Shown: positions 8,459 to 18,006, counted from the first letter of the stretch. The stretch: 21,514 nucleotides of DNA from Candidatus Thermofontivivens primus (GCA_031458695.1 JAVKJW010000033.1:1-21514); one strand, 5' to 3'. The notes: generated from the letters alone by a model not told the origin. Numbers and translations are program-made.

Positions 8459-8650
8459 CGGTGGGATATATTCCCTGGTTCTTCCGGCGGTCCCTCTCGT
8501 TCCGCAGGAAAATCTTTTGAGATTTCGCGAGGGGTCGAGGAAGGGTTCCCACGAAACTGGACAGGCTTTTTCCCACCTCCCCAGAAGGAATCTTGACCCC
8601 TGGGAAGTATTAAAAACTGAGCAATGAGCCTTTCAAAGGAGGCATCGAGG

Positions 8651-9661
8651 ATGCGTCATCGCAGCATTGGGTGGATCTTCACCTTCCTAGGAATGGGAGT
8701 GTTCCTTCTCACTGTGCTCCTGCCCATGGCACCGGAGGTCGGAGCTGCCCCCGCAGGGAGGTTCAAGCTAGCAGGGGTCTTCCCTGGAGTGATCACCGAC
8801 GCCGACTACAATACGCTCGGGTTCGTCGCGCTCCGGTCGGTCAAGAGCGAGATGGGAGTGGAAATCGGCTACTCCGAGGGGGTTGCCGTTCCCGATGTAG
8901 AGCGTGTCATGCGGGAGTACATCGACCTGGGCTACAACATCATCTGGACCCATGGAGGCCAGTTCATCGGGCAGACACAGAAGCTAGCCCGGGAGTTTAG
9001 GAACGTGATCTTCATCGGAGAAGCGGATGCTCCGGTCGAGAGGTCCGGAAACCTATGGGTGATTGACCGCAACTTCCAAATCGGGTTCTACCCCATCGGG
9101 GCCCTGGCAGGGATGCTCACCCAAACTGGAAAGATCGCCTATATCGGCGGCCTCACCCTTCCCTTTTCCTACTCTGAGGTCCACGCCATCCAGCAGGCCC
9201 TCCGGGATCAGGGGCGGAGGGTAGATCTGAAGCTCGTCTGGGTTGGGGACTTCAACGACCCTGCCAAGGCCCGCCAGGTTGCAGATGCCCTGATCGCTGA
9301 AGGCGTGGACGTGATCATGGGATCTCTCAACCTGGGGATGCTGGGGATCTTTGAAGCAGTAAAGGCTTCTCCCAGAAGAGTGTGGGTGACCGCGAAGTAC
9401 ACGGACAAGTCGAAATTCGCCCCCCAGCACTACGTCACATCCGTCCTCTACGACTTCGCTGGTCCCTTGCGGGCGATCGTCCGGAGGATCCAGAGGGGCG
9501 AGACCAGTGGGTACTATCCCCTCGGGTTCGATACCGGTGTGGCCTTGCAGTTCCCGCTCCGGAACGTTCCTGCATCGGTGGAGAACGCCATGCGCAAGCT
9601 CGTGGCCGACCTTGTAGCAGGAAAGATCAGAGTCGTCAAGGATATCACCCCCGTGAAATAG
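8651..9661 (+). CDS. BMP/PnrA-family ABC transporter substrate-binding protein (nucleoside/simple sugar)
   Basis: Signal-peptide-like N-terminus, D.DYN, TQTGKIAYIGG and WVGDFNDPAKA motifs. AAGGAGG at 8636-8642 supports ATG8651. Confidence 0.85.
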   Translation: MRHRSIGWIFTFLGMGVFLLTVLLPMAPEVGAAPAGRFKLAGVFPGVITDADYNTLGFVALRSVKSEMGVEIGYSEGVAVPDVERVMREYIDLGYNIIWTHGGQFIGQTQKLAREFRNVIFIGEADAPVERSGNLWVIDRNFQIGFYPIGALAGMLTQTGKIAYIGGLTLPFSYSEVHAIQQALRDQGRRVDLKLVWVGDFNDPAKARQVADALIAEGVDVIMGSLNLGMLGIFEAVKASPRRVWVTAKYTDKSKFAPQHYVTSVLYDFAGPLRAIVRRIQRGETSGYYPLGFDTGVALQFPLRNVPASVENAMRKLVADLVAGKIRVVKDITPVK

Positions 9662-9671
9662 GTACTGTGCC

Positions 9672-11246
9672 ATGCACACGTTCCCTCCCACTGTGCGGGC
9701 TGGAGCTAAGACGATCCTGGAGATGCGGGGCGTTCGCAAGACCTTCGGGCCCGTCGTGGCCCTGGATGGTGCCAGCTTCGAGCTCCGTGAGAAGGAGATC
9801 CACGCCCTGCTGGGAGGGAATGGGGCGGGCAAGACAACTCTGATGAACATCCTCTATGGCCTCTACAAGGCCGATGCCGGTGAGATCAACCTCGACGGCA
9901 GGCCGGTCCAGATCCGCTCCCCGAGGGACGCCCTGCGATACGGCATCGGCATGGTTCACCAGCATTTCCTCCAGATCGAGAGTTTCACCGTGGCCCAGAA
10001 CATTCTTCTTGGCACCCCGCTTGGGCGCCAGTTCATGGTCAACCTGGATCGTGAGGAAAGGCGGATTTCCGATTTGGCGCACCGGTTTGGCCTGGAGGTG
10101 GACCCGCGTGCGCGTTTAGAAGAACTCCCCATCGGTGCCCGCCAGCGTGTAGAGATCTTGAAGGCCCTTTACCGGAATGTGCGCATCCTGATCCTGGACG
10201 AACCCACCACCAACCTGACCCCCCAGGAAGTGGATGCCCTGTTTCGTTCTCTCCGCACGATGGTGGAGGAGGGGATCAGCGTCGTCTTCATCACCCACAA
10301 GATCCGGGAGGCCTTCAGTGTCTGCGACCGCATCTCGGTTATGCGCCTCGGCCGGAATGTCCTGACCCTCTTGCGGGAAGAAGCATCCGAAGAAACCCTC
10401 GTCCGGGCCATGGTCGGAGAGGAGGTAGACTTTACCAGAAGCTTGGTATTCTCCGGGCGGCGGGAAGCTCGGGCTCCTGCGGTGCCGGGATCGACGCTCC
10501 TGCGGGTCGAGGGTCTCACGGTGATTGGTAAAGAAGGGAGAGCGCTTGTAAAAGACTGTACCCTTGAGGTGCGAGAAGGGGAGATCCTGGGTATCGCCGG
10601 GGTTGCTGGGAATGGACAGAGGGAACTGGTGGAGAGCCTCATCGGGGTGCGGCGAATTGACCGGGGGCGAGTCTGGGTCCATGGAGTGGAGGTGACCGGA
10701 GCCAGTACCGCGCAACTGCTGGAGATGGGTGTTACCTACATCCCAGAGGATCGCCTTCACGATGGGTTCCTCCCCAGGGGGACCGTCCTTCAGAACCTGA
10801 TCCTGGGGTTCCACAGGAGGCCCCCTTACAGCAAAGGGAGGTTCCTAGATTGGAAGTCTGCCTCCAAGGCTGCTCGGCGGCTTATTGAGGAGTTCCAGAT
10901 CCGGACCTTTGGGCCAGAGGAGATCGCGGCGAACCTCTCCGGGGGAAACATCCAGCGCCTGATGCTTGCCCGCGCCTTCTCCCATTCCTGTCGAATCCTT
11001 CTCGCGCACAACCCCACGAGGGGCTTGGACGTTCCTTCCACGGAATTTGTGTACCGGAAGCTCTTGGAGCTCAAGGAGAAAGGCGCTGCCATCCTTCTCG
11101 TTTCTGAGGACCTCGATGAACTTCTTTTGCTTTGTGACAGGATTTCTGTGATCTACCGGGGAGAAATTGTAGGGACCCTCCAGCGGGAGGAATTCGACCG
11201 CTACGAGGTGGGGCGCCTCATGAGCGGGGTGAAATCCTCTGCGTGA
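9672..11246 (+). CDS. ABC transporter ATP-binding protein with two fused NBDs (CUT2/nucleoside type)
   Basis: Walker A GGNGAGKTT, GIGMVHQHF, ILILDEPT, and a second half with GVAGNGQ, LSGGNIQR and NPTRGLD. Confidence 0.93.
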   Translation: MHTFPPTVRAGAKTILEMRGVRKTFGPVVALDGASFELREKEIHALLGGNGAGKTTLMNILYGLYKADAGEINLDGRPVQIRSPRDALRYGIGMVHQHFLQIESFTVAQNILLGTPLGRQFMVNLDREERRISDLAHRFGLEVDPRARLEELPIGARQRVEILKALYRNVRILILDEPTTNLTPQEVDALFRSLRTMVEEGISVVFITHKIREAFSVCDRISVMRLGRNVLTLLREEASEETLVRAMVGEEVDFTRSLVFSGRREARAPAVPGSTLLRVEGLTVIGKEGRALVKDCTLEVREGEILGIAGVAGNGQRELVESLIGVRRIDRGRVWVHGVEVTGASTAQLLEMGVTYIPEDRLHDGFLPRGTVLQNLILGFHRRPPYSKGRFLDWKSASKAARRLIEEFQIRTFGPEEIAANLSGGNIQRLMLARAFSHSCRILLAHNPTRGLDVPSTEFVYRKLLELKEKGAAILLVSEDLDELLLLCDRISVIYRGEIVGTLQREEFDRYEVGRLMSGVKSSA

Positions 11247-11253
11247 ACGAACG

Positions 11254-12282
11254 TTGAACAGCTCCTGGCTCTCGATCTCTCTGGGAGGAAAGGTCGTTCC
11301 CTACATCATCGCCATGGGGGCTTCCTTCGTTGCCGCAGGGATCTTTCTCGGGGCCCTTGGGTTCGATGTCCCTAGGGCTTATGCCACGATCCTCTTTACC
11401 TCTTTCCGAACTCCCAATGGGTTTGTTCAGACCTTGCTGAAGTTCATTCCCCTTCTCTTGCTGGCGCTGTCGTTCACAGTCCCCCTGGCTGCCTGGAAGT
11501 TCAATATCGGCGGGGAAGGGCAGCTTCTCGCTGGCGCCATTGGGTCAGCAGCAGTAGGGATCCTCCTATCAGGCCTTCCGGCGTTCCTGCTTCTGCCATT
11601 GGGGATCATGACCGGGACGCTTTCAGGGGCCGTCTGGGCAGCTCTTCCTGCCTGGCTTCTCTATCGCTTTGGCATCAACGAGATCCTCACCACAGTGTTG
11701 ATGAACTTCATCTCCTTCGGGCTCCTGGATTACGTCACCACGGAAGTCTGGCGGGATCCTGCTGCGGGGCACCCGACAAGCATCCCTATCGGAGCAGGCG
11801 CTCACCTTCCGCTGCTAATCTCCAGTCCTCCCCTGCACGCAGGGATCGTAGTGGCGATCGGAGTAGCCATTGCCATCTACTTTTTCATCAGCCGCACCAC
11901 AGCTGGCTACGAGCTCCTGGCCACAGGCGCGAACCCGAGGGCCTCGCTGATCCACGGGATTGCCGTCCGCCGGATCTCCCTCCTTGCCCTGATTCTAGGG
12001 GGAGCGCTGGCCGGACTAGCGGGGGCCATTGAGGTGGCAGGGGTTCACCACCGGCTCATCGAGGGGATGCAATCCAATTACCTGCTGCTGGGCATCCTCA
12101 TCGGCCTCATCGCCAGAGGCAACATCCTTGCCGTGCCATTCGTGGCCTTTTCCATCGCCGTCCTTGAGGTTGGTGCCAGGGCCCTGCAGCGTACCATGAT
12201 GGTTCCATTAGAGATGGTATTCATCATCGAAGGTTTGATCCTTGTTTTCGTCCTGCTCTCCGACGTTGTGCGGAGGAGGTAG
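11254..12282 (+). CDS. ABC transporter permease
   Basis: Multiple TM segments with FNIGGEGQ, INEILTT and GYELLATGANP motifs. TTG start 7 nt after the ATPase stop. Confidence 0.88.
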   Translation: MNSSWLSISLGGKVVPYIIAMGASFVAAGIFLGALGFDVPRAYATILFTSFRTPNGFVQTLLKFIPLLLLALSFTVPLAAWKFNIGGEGQLLAGAIGSAAVGILLSGLPAFLLLPLGIMTGTLSGAVWAALPAWLLYRFGINEILTTVLMNFISFGLLDYVTTEVWRDPAAGHPTSIPIGAGAHLPLLISSPPLHAGIVVAIGVAIAIYFFISRTTAGYELLATGANPRASLIHGIAVRRISLLALILGGALAGLAGAIEVAGVHHRLIEGMQSNYLLLGILIGLIARGNILAVPFVAFSIAVLEVGARALQRTMMVPLEMVFIIEGLILVFVLLSDVVRRR

Positions 12283-12290
12283 AAGGTTCC

Positions 12291-13226
12291 TTGGATGTCT
12301 TTGTCCTTTTCAGCAAGCTCGTGATGCTCACGCTGGTCCCCTACGTGCTCGCGAGTCAGGGAACCATGCTCGGCGGGAGAGCGGGTGTGTTTAACGTGGC
12401 CCAGGAAGGGATCATGCTCGCAGGCGCATCCGTAGGGTTTTTGGGGGCTTACCTCTCTGGTGGGAACTTAGTCCAAGGCGCCCTTCTGGCCATGGTCATG
12501 GGAGGGCTTTTCGGACTTGCCCTCGCCTACTTCACCACGACCCTCAAGATGGACCAGTTCGTCATCGGGCTCGCCCTCTTCTTCATTGGCCTCGCCCTTT
12601 CTACGCTGCTTTACAAGCTCGTCGTCGGTGTGACGCTCACGCCTCCATTGATCCCCACTCTCCAAGAGCTCCCGCTGCCCGGGCTCAGCCACATCCCTGT
12701 GCTGGGCGAAGTTCTCTTCAAGCAGAACATCTTGGTCTATCTGGCGATCCTGCTGTCCCTTGCGCTCTATGTGTTCCTCTACCACACAGGTCCGGGGATG
12801 GCCCTTCGGGCCGTCGGGGAGAATCCCATGGCCGCAGATAGCCTTGGGGTGAATGTCTCCGCGATGCGCTACCTGGCGACAATCTCTGGGTCCATGCTCA
12901 TCGGGCTGGCTGGTGCCTACCTACCGATGGTCTATACCGGGACGTTCACCGAGGGCATGGTCCGAGGGAGGGGATGGCTCTCCATCGCCCTGACCTTCTT
13001 CGGAGGGTGGAGCCCGCACCTTATCTTCCTGGGCTCGCTCTTCTTCGCCGCAGTGGAGGTCCTAGCTTTCCGTGTCCAAGTCACGGGCGTGGGCGTTCCC
13101 TACCAGTTCGTCCTCATGCTCCCCTACGTCGCTACCATCCTGGTGATGCTCCCCACCTTCCGGCGGCTGCGCATCCCCGCCTTCTTGGGGAGGAACTACG
13201 ACCGCGAACGCAGGGCACTGCTCTAG
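12291..13226 (+). CDS. ABC transporter permease
   Basis: RAGVFNVAQEGIML, LRAVGENPMAADSLGVNV, GRGWLSIA and MLPYVAT motifs of BMP-associated permeases. Confidence 0.88.
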   Translation: MDVFVLFSKLVMLTLVPYVLASQGTMLGGRAGVFNVAQEGIMLAGASVGFLGAYLSGGNLVQGALLAMVMGGLFGLALAYFTTTLKMDQFVIGLALFFIGLALSTLLYKLVVGVTLTPPLIPTLQELPLPGLSHIPVLGEVLFKQNILVYLAILLSLALYVFLYHTGPGMALRAVGENPMAADSLGVNVSAMRYLATISGSMLIGLAGAYLPMVYTGTFTEGMVRGRGWLSIALTFFGGWSPHLIFLGSLFFAAVEVLAFRVQVTGVGVPYQFVLMLPYVATILVMLPTFRRLRIPAFLGRNYDRERRALL

Positions 13227-13364
13227 GTAACCGCGGCAAAAGTCTTTCAACTTTTCCGAGCCTCTCATGGGAGAAGGGGATTTCCCCATAAAGGGCTAGC
13301 GTGGTGCGAGGTGGAAGCAGGTCCCGTCTATTTGTCTGTCGTGGGGTTTTGCCGATGGGGCAGG

Positions 13365-15293
13365 CTACGCCGGGCTTTTCAAGAAGAGACAGCCGAGGGG
13401 AGGGAGCGTGAGGGCAAGGGAGTAGGGACGCCCGTGAAAGGGAATTGGATCCGCCTCACGGCCTCCGAGATTCCCTTGGTTTGTGCCCCCGTAGATCTCC
13501 GCATCGCTGTTCAAGATCTCCCTCCAATATCCGCCGCGTGGCACGCCCACTCTGTACCCATGGCGAGGCACGGGGGTAAAATTGCAGACGATCAAGAGGA
13601 GATCTCCTGTGGAGTGCGCTTTGCGGAGAAAGCTCACGATGCTGTGGTCAGCATCGGTGCAATCGATCCACTCGAACCCGCTTGGATCGCAGTCGAGTTC
13701 ATGGAGCGCCGGTTCGTTGCGGTAGAGCCTATTGAGGTCGGCGACCCAGCGTTGGACCTGGGCGTGGAGGGACCTGGCGAGGAGGTGCCACTCCAGGCCC
13801 TCATCGTGCTGCCACTCCCGCCACTGGCCAAACTCTCCTCCCATGAACAAGAGCTTCTTCCCAGGCTGGGCAACCATGTACCCGAAGAGGAGGCGGAGGT
13901 TCGCGCACTTTTGCCACTCATCACCGGGCATCTTGCTGAGCAGCGACCCCTTCCCATGAACGACCTCGTCGTGGGAGAGAGGGAGGACGAAGTTCTCATG
14001 AAAGGCGTAGAGCATCCGGAAGGTCAGGTTGTTGTGGTGATACTTGCGGTGAACGGGGTCCTTGGACATGTAGAACAGGGTATCGTGCATCCAGCCTAAG
14101 TCCCATTTTAGGCCAAAGCCTAACCCACCCACATAAGTAGGTCGGGAGACCATTGGCCACGCCGTAGACTCCTCGGCGATGGTTTGAACGTCGGGGTAGT
14201 TCCTGTAGACCTCCTCGTTAAACCGCCGGAGGAAGGCGATAGCCTCCAAGTTTTCCCTCCCACCGTATTCGTTAGGGATCCACTCTCCTTCCTTCCGGGA
14301 GTAATCCAAGTAGAGCATAGAGGCGACGGCATCCACCCGTAGGCCGTCGGCGTGATACCGGTCCAGCCAAAACAAGGCACTGCTGATGAGGAAACTTCGT
14401 ACCTCGTTCCGGCCATAGTTAAAAATAAAGCTGTTCCAATCGGGGTGGAGGCCCTTTCGCGGGTCGGCGTGCTCATAGAGGTGTGTTCCGTCGAAGAACC
14501 CAAGCCCGTGCTCGTCCATGGGGAAGTGGGACGGGACCCAGTCCAAGATCACTCCGATACCACGCTGGTGGAGGTGGTCAATGAGGTACATGAAGTCTTG
14601 GGGGGTACCGAAGCGGCTCGTGGGAGCGAAGTATCCCGTGACCTGGTACCCCCATGACCCGTAGAAAGGGTGTTCCATCACGGGGAGGAACTCCACGTGG
14701 GTGAAGCCCATCTTCTCGACATAGTCCCCCAGGCGCTCTGCCAGCTCCCGGTATGTGAGGGGACGGTTGTACTCCTCTGGGACCCGCATCCAAGAGCCCA
14801 AATGGACCTCATAGATGGCCATAGGGCTACTGAGGCGGTTCGCCCGCCACCGCCCCTGCATCCATGCCTCGTCCCCCCACGGGTAGGTGAGATCCCATAC
14901 AATCGAGGCGGTTCTGGGAGGGATCTCGTGGAAGAAGCCAAAAGGATCGGCCTTGTCTACGCGGTAGGCGCGGTAACGGGAGACGATGTGGTACTTGTAC
15001 CGGCTTCCATGGCCGATGCCAGGGATAAAGCCCTCCCAGATGCCCGACTGGCCGCGTGGCTGGAGAGGGTGGGTGGTCTTCTCCCAGCCGTTAAAATCCC
15101 CCATCACGAAGACCCTCTCGGCGTTGGGGGCCCAGATGGCAAAGTAGGTCCCAGACACACCTTCGACCTCCAAGGGGTGCGCGCCGAGCTTCTCGTAGAG
15201 CCGGAAGTGCGTCCCTTCGTTAAAGAGGTGCAAATCGTCTTCGCTGAGGAGGCTCACGTCATATCGTACTGCGCCTGCGGATGTGCCTGTCAT
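13365..15293 (-). CDS. glgB: 1,4-alpha-glucan branching enzyme (GH13)
   Basis: [36 protein letters not shown] (nucleophile Asp), IAEES and [14 protein letters not shown]. Start ATG15293 follows AAGGAG; ATG15332 is only 3 nt from the -10 element. Confidence 0.96.
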   Translation of the reverse strand: MTGTSAGAVRYDVSLLSEDDLHLFNEGTHFRLYEKLGAHPLEVEGVSGTYFAIWAPNAERVFVMGDFNGWEKTTHPLQPRGQSGIWEGFIPGIGHGSRYKYHIVSRYRAYRVDKADPFGFFHEIPPRTASIVWDLTYPWGDEAWMQGRWRANRLSSPMAIYEVHLGSWMRVPEEYNRPLTYRELAERLGDYVEKMGFTHVEFLPVMEHPFYGSWGYQVTGYFAPTSRFGTPQDFMYLIDHLHQRGIGVILDWVPSHFPMDEHGLGFFDGTHLYEHADPRKGLHPDWNSFIFNYGRNEVRSFLISSALFWLDRYHADGLRVDAVASMLYLDYSRKEGEWIPNEYGGRENLEAIAFLRRFNEEVYRNYPDVQTIAEESTAWPMVSRPTYVGGLGFGLKWDLGWMHDTLFYMSKDPVHRKYHHNNLTFRMLYAFHENFVLPLSHDEVVHGKGSLLSKMPGDEWQKCANLRLLFGYMVAQPGKKLLFMGGEFGQWREWQHDEGLEWHLLARSLHAQVQRWVADLNRLYRNEPALHELDCDPSGFEWIDCTDADHSIVSFLRKAHSTGDLLLIVCNFTPVPRHGYRVGVPRGGYWREILNSDAEIYGGTNQGNLGGREADPIPFHGRPYSLALTLPPLGCLFLKSPA

Positions 15294-15335
15294 GCTTCTC
15301 CTTGCTTGAGGGATCCTGGATATCCGGACCATTTG

Positions 15336-15341
15336 ATTATA
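15336..15341 (-). promoter_or_regulatory. -10 element for glgB
   Basis: Perfect TATAAT on the minus strand about 43 nt upstream of ATG15293; no clear -35. Confidence 0.5.
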
Positions 15342-15405
15342 CCCACGGACGTTCCCCTCTGCAATGGGGAGAGTTCGCCTGAGCCGCCGGTAGGGTAGGT
15401 GTAGG

Positions 15406-15411
15406 TATAAT
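15406..15411 (+). promoter_or_regulatory. -10 element for the DUF1844-like gene (divergent from glgB)
   Basis: Perfect TATAAT, followed by GGAGG at 15421-15425 and ATG15437. Confidence 0.5.
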
Positions 15412-15436
15412 AAAGAGGGTGGAGGTTCTCGGTGCG

Positions 15437-15763
15437 ATGTCGGAGGAGCGCGCGAGGGAAGAGGGGCAGGAGGGAGGTGCGAGGACCACTGAGGCGGTCT
15501 CCATGAGTGCCGCGGACCTAATGCGGTGGTGCATCGCTGCCCTCGCTTCCAAAGCTTGGCAGGCGATGGGGTTGGTCCCCGATCCCGCCACCAACCGCAT
15601 CGAGCGGAAGCTCGATGAAGCGCGCCTTGCTATCGATGGCGTCGCTGCCCTCGTTGAGCAGCTCAAGCCGGCCATTGAGGAACGGGAGCGCCGGGAGTTA
15701 GAGAACCTCGTCACCAACTTGCGACTCAACTTCGTGGAGCAGAAATCTAAGGAGACGAGCTAG
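15437..15763 (+). CDS. DUF1844-like protein
   Basis: [11 protein letters not shown]...LDEARLAID...[14 protein letters not shown] resembles DUF1844 proteins. Alternative start GTG15419. Confidence 0.75.
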   Translation: MSEERAREEGQEGGARTTEAVSMSAADLMRWCIAALASKAWQAMGLVPDPATNRIERKLDEARLAIDGVAALVEQLKPAIEERERRELENLVTNLRLNFVEQKSKETS

Positions 15764-17406
15764 CCTGTCCGCTCCTTCATCTTTTCCATGACCTCACAGA
15801 AAACCTCCACCACCCTGGGATCGAACTGTTTGCGTGCTTGGTGCCGAATTTCTTCCATTGCCTGCTCGTGGGTGCGTGCTTTTCGATAGGGCCTATCCTC
15901 TGTCATTGCCACATAGGCATCGACGACGGAGAGGATCCGTGCACCAAGAGGGATCTCCTCTCCTTTCAGCCCCTCCGGATATCCTGTCCCGTCCCAGCGC
16001 TCCTGATGATAGCGGATCATCGGGAGGACCTTATGCAGCCGCCGAAGAGGTGCGACGATCTCCGACCCGATCGCTGGGTGGCGGCGAATCAGCGCCCACT
16101 CGTCCTCGGTCAGCGGACCTGTTTTATGGAGGATGGCGTCGGGGATGGAGATCTTCCCGATGTCGTGAAGGGTAGCTGCCCAGAGGATCGTCTCGATCTC
16201 CTCCCGGGAGCATCCCATGGCTTCTGCCACGGCTGCGCCGAGGATGGCGATCCTGTTGCTGTGGTGGCTAGTGGCACTGTCCCGGGCATCGATAGCCTTG
16301 CTCAGCGCAACCACCGCCTGGAGGTAGGCCTGTTCGAGTTCCTCGAACAGCTCCGCCCGTTGCAGAGCGTTGGCTCCCATCTCCGCTACTGCCTGCAGAA
16401 TGCGCTCCTCTGGGACATCAAATGGATCTTTCCTCCGGCGTCCCAGGAGCAGTGTTCCCACAACCTCTCCAGCTGTCGTGCGCAGGGGGAGGAGGAGCCC
16501 GGCATGGAGACCCTGGACCGCTTCCCCTAAACCGATCCGGGGGTCCTTTTCCAGGTCTTCCGAGGATGCAGGGGCGTTGTTCTGGATCACCCAGCTTACA
16601 AGCCCATCCCCGATGGCTTCTCTCTTACCGAGAATGGCGTGGGGGAGCTTATGCACGGCACAGGGGACGATCTCTCCGAGTTCCCTATCTACCATGCACA
16701 GCAACCCCGCATCTGCACGCCCCACCTTGACTGCATGGTTCAAGAGGACGGTGTACATCTCCTCAACGGTGTGGGCCGCCCGGAGACTGGTTGCTGCCTC
16801 TGCGAGAATGGCAAGCTCGTGGAGCTGGTTTTGCGTGGTGATGAACAACCGGGTCCGCTCGAGGGCGAGCGCCACCTGGTTGGCCACGAGAGAAAGGAAG
16901 TGCACCTCATTGGGTTCAAAGCGGCGGCGTCTCCGTGAGGCAGCAGCGATGGTCCCGAGGATCTGGAACCCGTTCGTGAAGGAACATGCCAGGGCAGACC
17001 GCATGCCCAGGCGGGCGAGCGGGGAGTTCGAAAAACGGGAGTCCTTCTGGAGATCGGCCACGGTGACCGGGCCCTCCTGGGAGGCCGCCCAGCCGGCAAG
17101 GTTCGCAAGATCCCCTATTTGGACACGGTCTATGCGGGTTTCATCCTCGGGCACCCCTACTGCTCCCTGCAGGACTAGCCATCTCCCTTCTTCATCAGCC
17201 AGTCGAACCTCCACCAGGGGAACCTCCATGAACTCGGCCACAGTGTGCGCAGTCAGCGTGGCTATCTCATGAGGATCGAGGCTCCCGAGAAGAGACGTTC
17301 CAAGTTTCAGGAGAGCCTTCTTCTCCGCACTGCGGTACCTGGCGATCCTGCTAGGTTGAGCTCGATCCCGCACGGGGTGTTTTTGGACATGAGATGGTTG
17401 TGGCAT
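15760..17406 (-). CDS. GAF-GAF-HD-GYP signalling protein (putative c-di-GMP phosphodiesterase)
   Basis: Two GAF-like segments ending in ANQVALALER and AEMGANALQR, then LHDIGK, HQERWDGTGYP and DRPYRK. AAGGAG precedes the ATG. Confidence 0.9.
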   Translation of the reverse strand: MPQPSHVQKHPVRDRAQPSRIARYRSAEKKALLKLGTSLLGSLDPHEIATLTAHTVAEFMEVPLVEVRLADEEGRWLVLQGAVGVPEDETRIDRVQIGDLANLAGWAASQEGPVTVADLQKDSRFSNSPLARLGMRSALACSFTNGFQILGTIAAASRRRRRFEPNEVHFLSLVANQVALALERTRLFITTQNQLHELAILAEAATSLRAAHTVEEMYTVLLNHAVKVGRADAGLLCMVDRELGEIVPCAVHKLPHAILGKREAIGDGLVSWVIQNNAPASSEDLEKDPRIGLGEAVQGLHAGLLLPLRTTAGEVVGTLLLGRRRKDPFDVPEERILQAVAEMGANALQRAELFEELEQAYLQAVVALSKAIDARDSATSHHSNRIAILGAAVAEAMGCSREEIETILWAATLHDIGKISIPDAILHKTGPLTEDEWALIRRHPAIGSEIVAPLRRLHKVLPMIRYHQERWDGTGYPEGLKGEEIPLGARILSVVDAYVAMTEDRPYRKARTHEQAMEEIRHQARKQFDPRVVEVFCEVMEKMKERTG

Positions 17407-17591
17407 GATTCTCTCCTTGGATGGTCCAAGTACAGGTAAGTTCCATCTAGGAGGGATGATCGGCAGGTTCGGAAATTTTTCAATACTTGAGCTCCGTGGG
17501 ATGTGTTCTCAGGAGGATCCGGAAGACAGAGAGCCTGGCAGGGGTGTTTGTGGAGAAGAATGTCTGGAGAGGACAGGATGTGAACGGGAGC

Positions 17592-17668
17592 TGGTCGGAC
17601 CGGTGGGATTTGAACCCACGACCCCCAGAACCCCATTCTGGTGCGCTCCCAAGCTGCGCCACGGCCCG
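17592..17668 (-). tRNA. tRNA-Pro (anticodon GGG)
   Basis: The minus strand reads CGGGCCGTGGCGCAGCTTGGGAGCGCACCAGAATGGGGTTCTGGGGGTCGTGGGTTCAAATCCCACCGGTCCGACCA. Anticodon stem CCAGA/TCTGG, loop ATGGGGT, T-loop GTTCAAAT and encoded CCA; 77 nt. Confidence 0.97.
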
Positions 17669-17679
17669 CCGCTACCGCG

Positions 17680-17709
17680 ATTATAGCAGACCACTCAGGC
17701 GAAAATCAA
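17680..17709 (-). promoter_or_regulatory. Sigma70 promoter of tRNA-Pro
   Basis: TTGATT-N18-TATAAT with extended TG (TGcTATAAT), followed by a GC-rich discriminator. Confidence 0.75.
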
Positions 17710-17715
17710 CTGGCT

Positions 17716-18006
17716 TCAGCCCTCGGGTGGATTTAGGAGGCGAAGGCCTGGGAAGCGAGCAAAGTCCCTGTCAGCCGTGCACAACGTCGCGCCGTGCTCA
17801 ATTGCCAGCGCAGCTAGGTACGCGTCTATCACCATAGGTCCTCGCGCGTGGGTTCTCCTGAGCAGGTCGTTGAAAATCCCCCAGTGCCGGTCGCCTGGCT
17901 CCAGAATACCTACCATTGGCCTCTCCAGCCATGAGGAGACAATAGGGATCGCCTCCTCGATGGATAAGGGATACTCGAACGCCCGCGGGTTGGTGAGGAT
18001 GCGCAA
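17716..18006 (-). pseudogene. vapC: N-terminally truncated VapC/PIN-domain toxin fragment
   Basis: LRILTNPRAF..PLS..EA...WL...LEPGDRHW...DAYLAALAIEHGATLCTADRDFARFPGL matches the C-terminal two-thirds of VapC. The N-terminal D[TV]N[VI]L strand is absent, there is no RBS, and der ends 13 nt upstream. Confidence 0.75.

Noticed and set aside
8561..8587. Second SigH-like promoter (ACAGGCTTT-N11-CCAGAAG) before the ABC operon
   Set aside because: Several mismatches to the consensus; too weak to call.
13238..13290. Inverted repeats between the convergent permease and glgB genes (AAAAGT-N6-ACTTTT; ATGGGAGAA...TTCCCCAT)
   Set aside because: Weak stems without a clear U-tract. They may contribute to termination but cannot be called confidently.
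15760..15763. Convergent stop codons overlapping in CTAG (DUF1844-like and HD-GYP genes)
   Set aside because: A common compact arrangement with no evidence of special function.
17407..17591. c-di-GMP riboswitch or sigma28 promoter upstream of the HD-GYP gene
   Set aside because: No GEMM-type motif is visible. GCCGATCA resembles a sigma28 -10, but there is no properly spaced TAAA-type -35.
17592..17668. tRNA-Pro as an integration site for an island
   Set aside because: I saw no integrase and no duplicated tRNA 3' end in the window.
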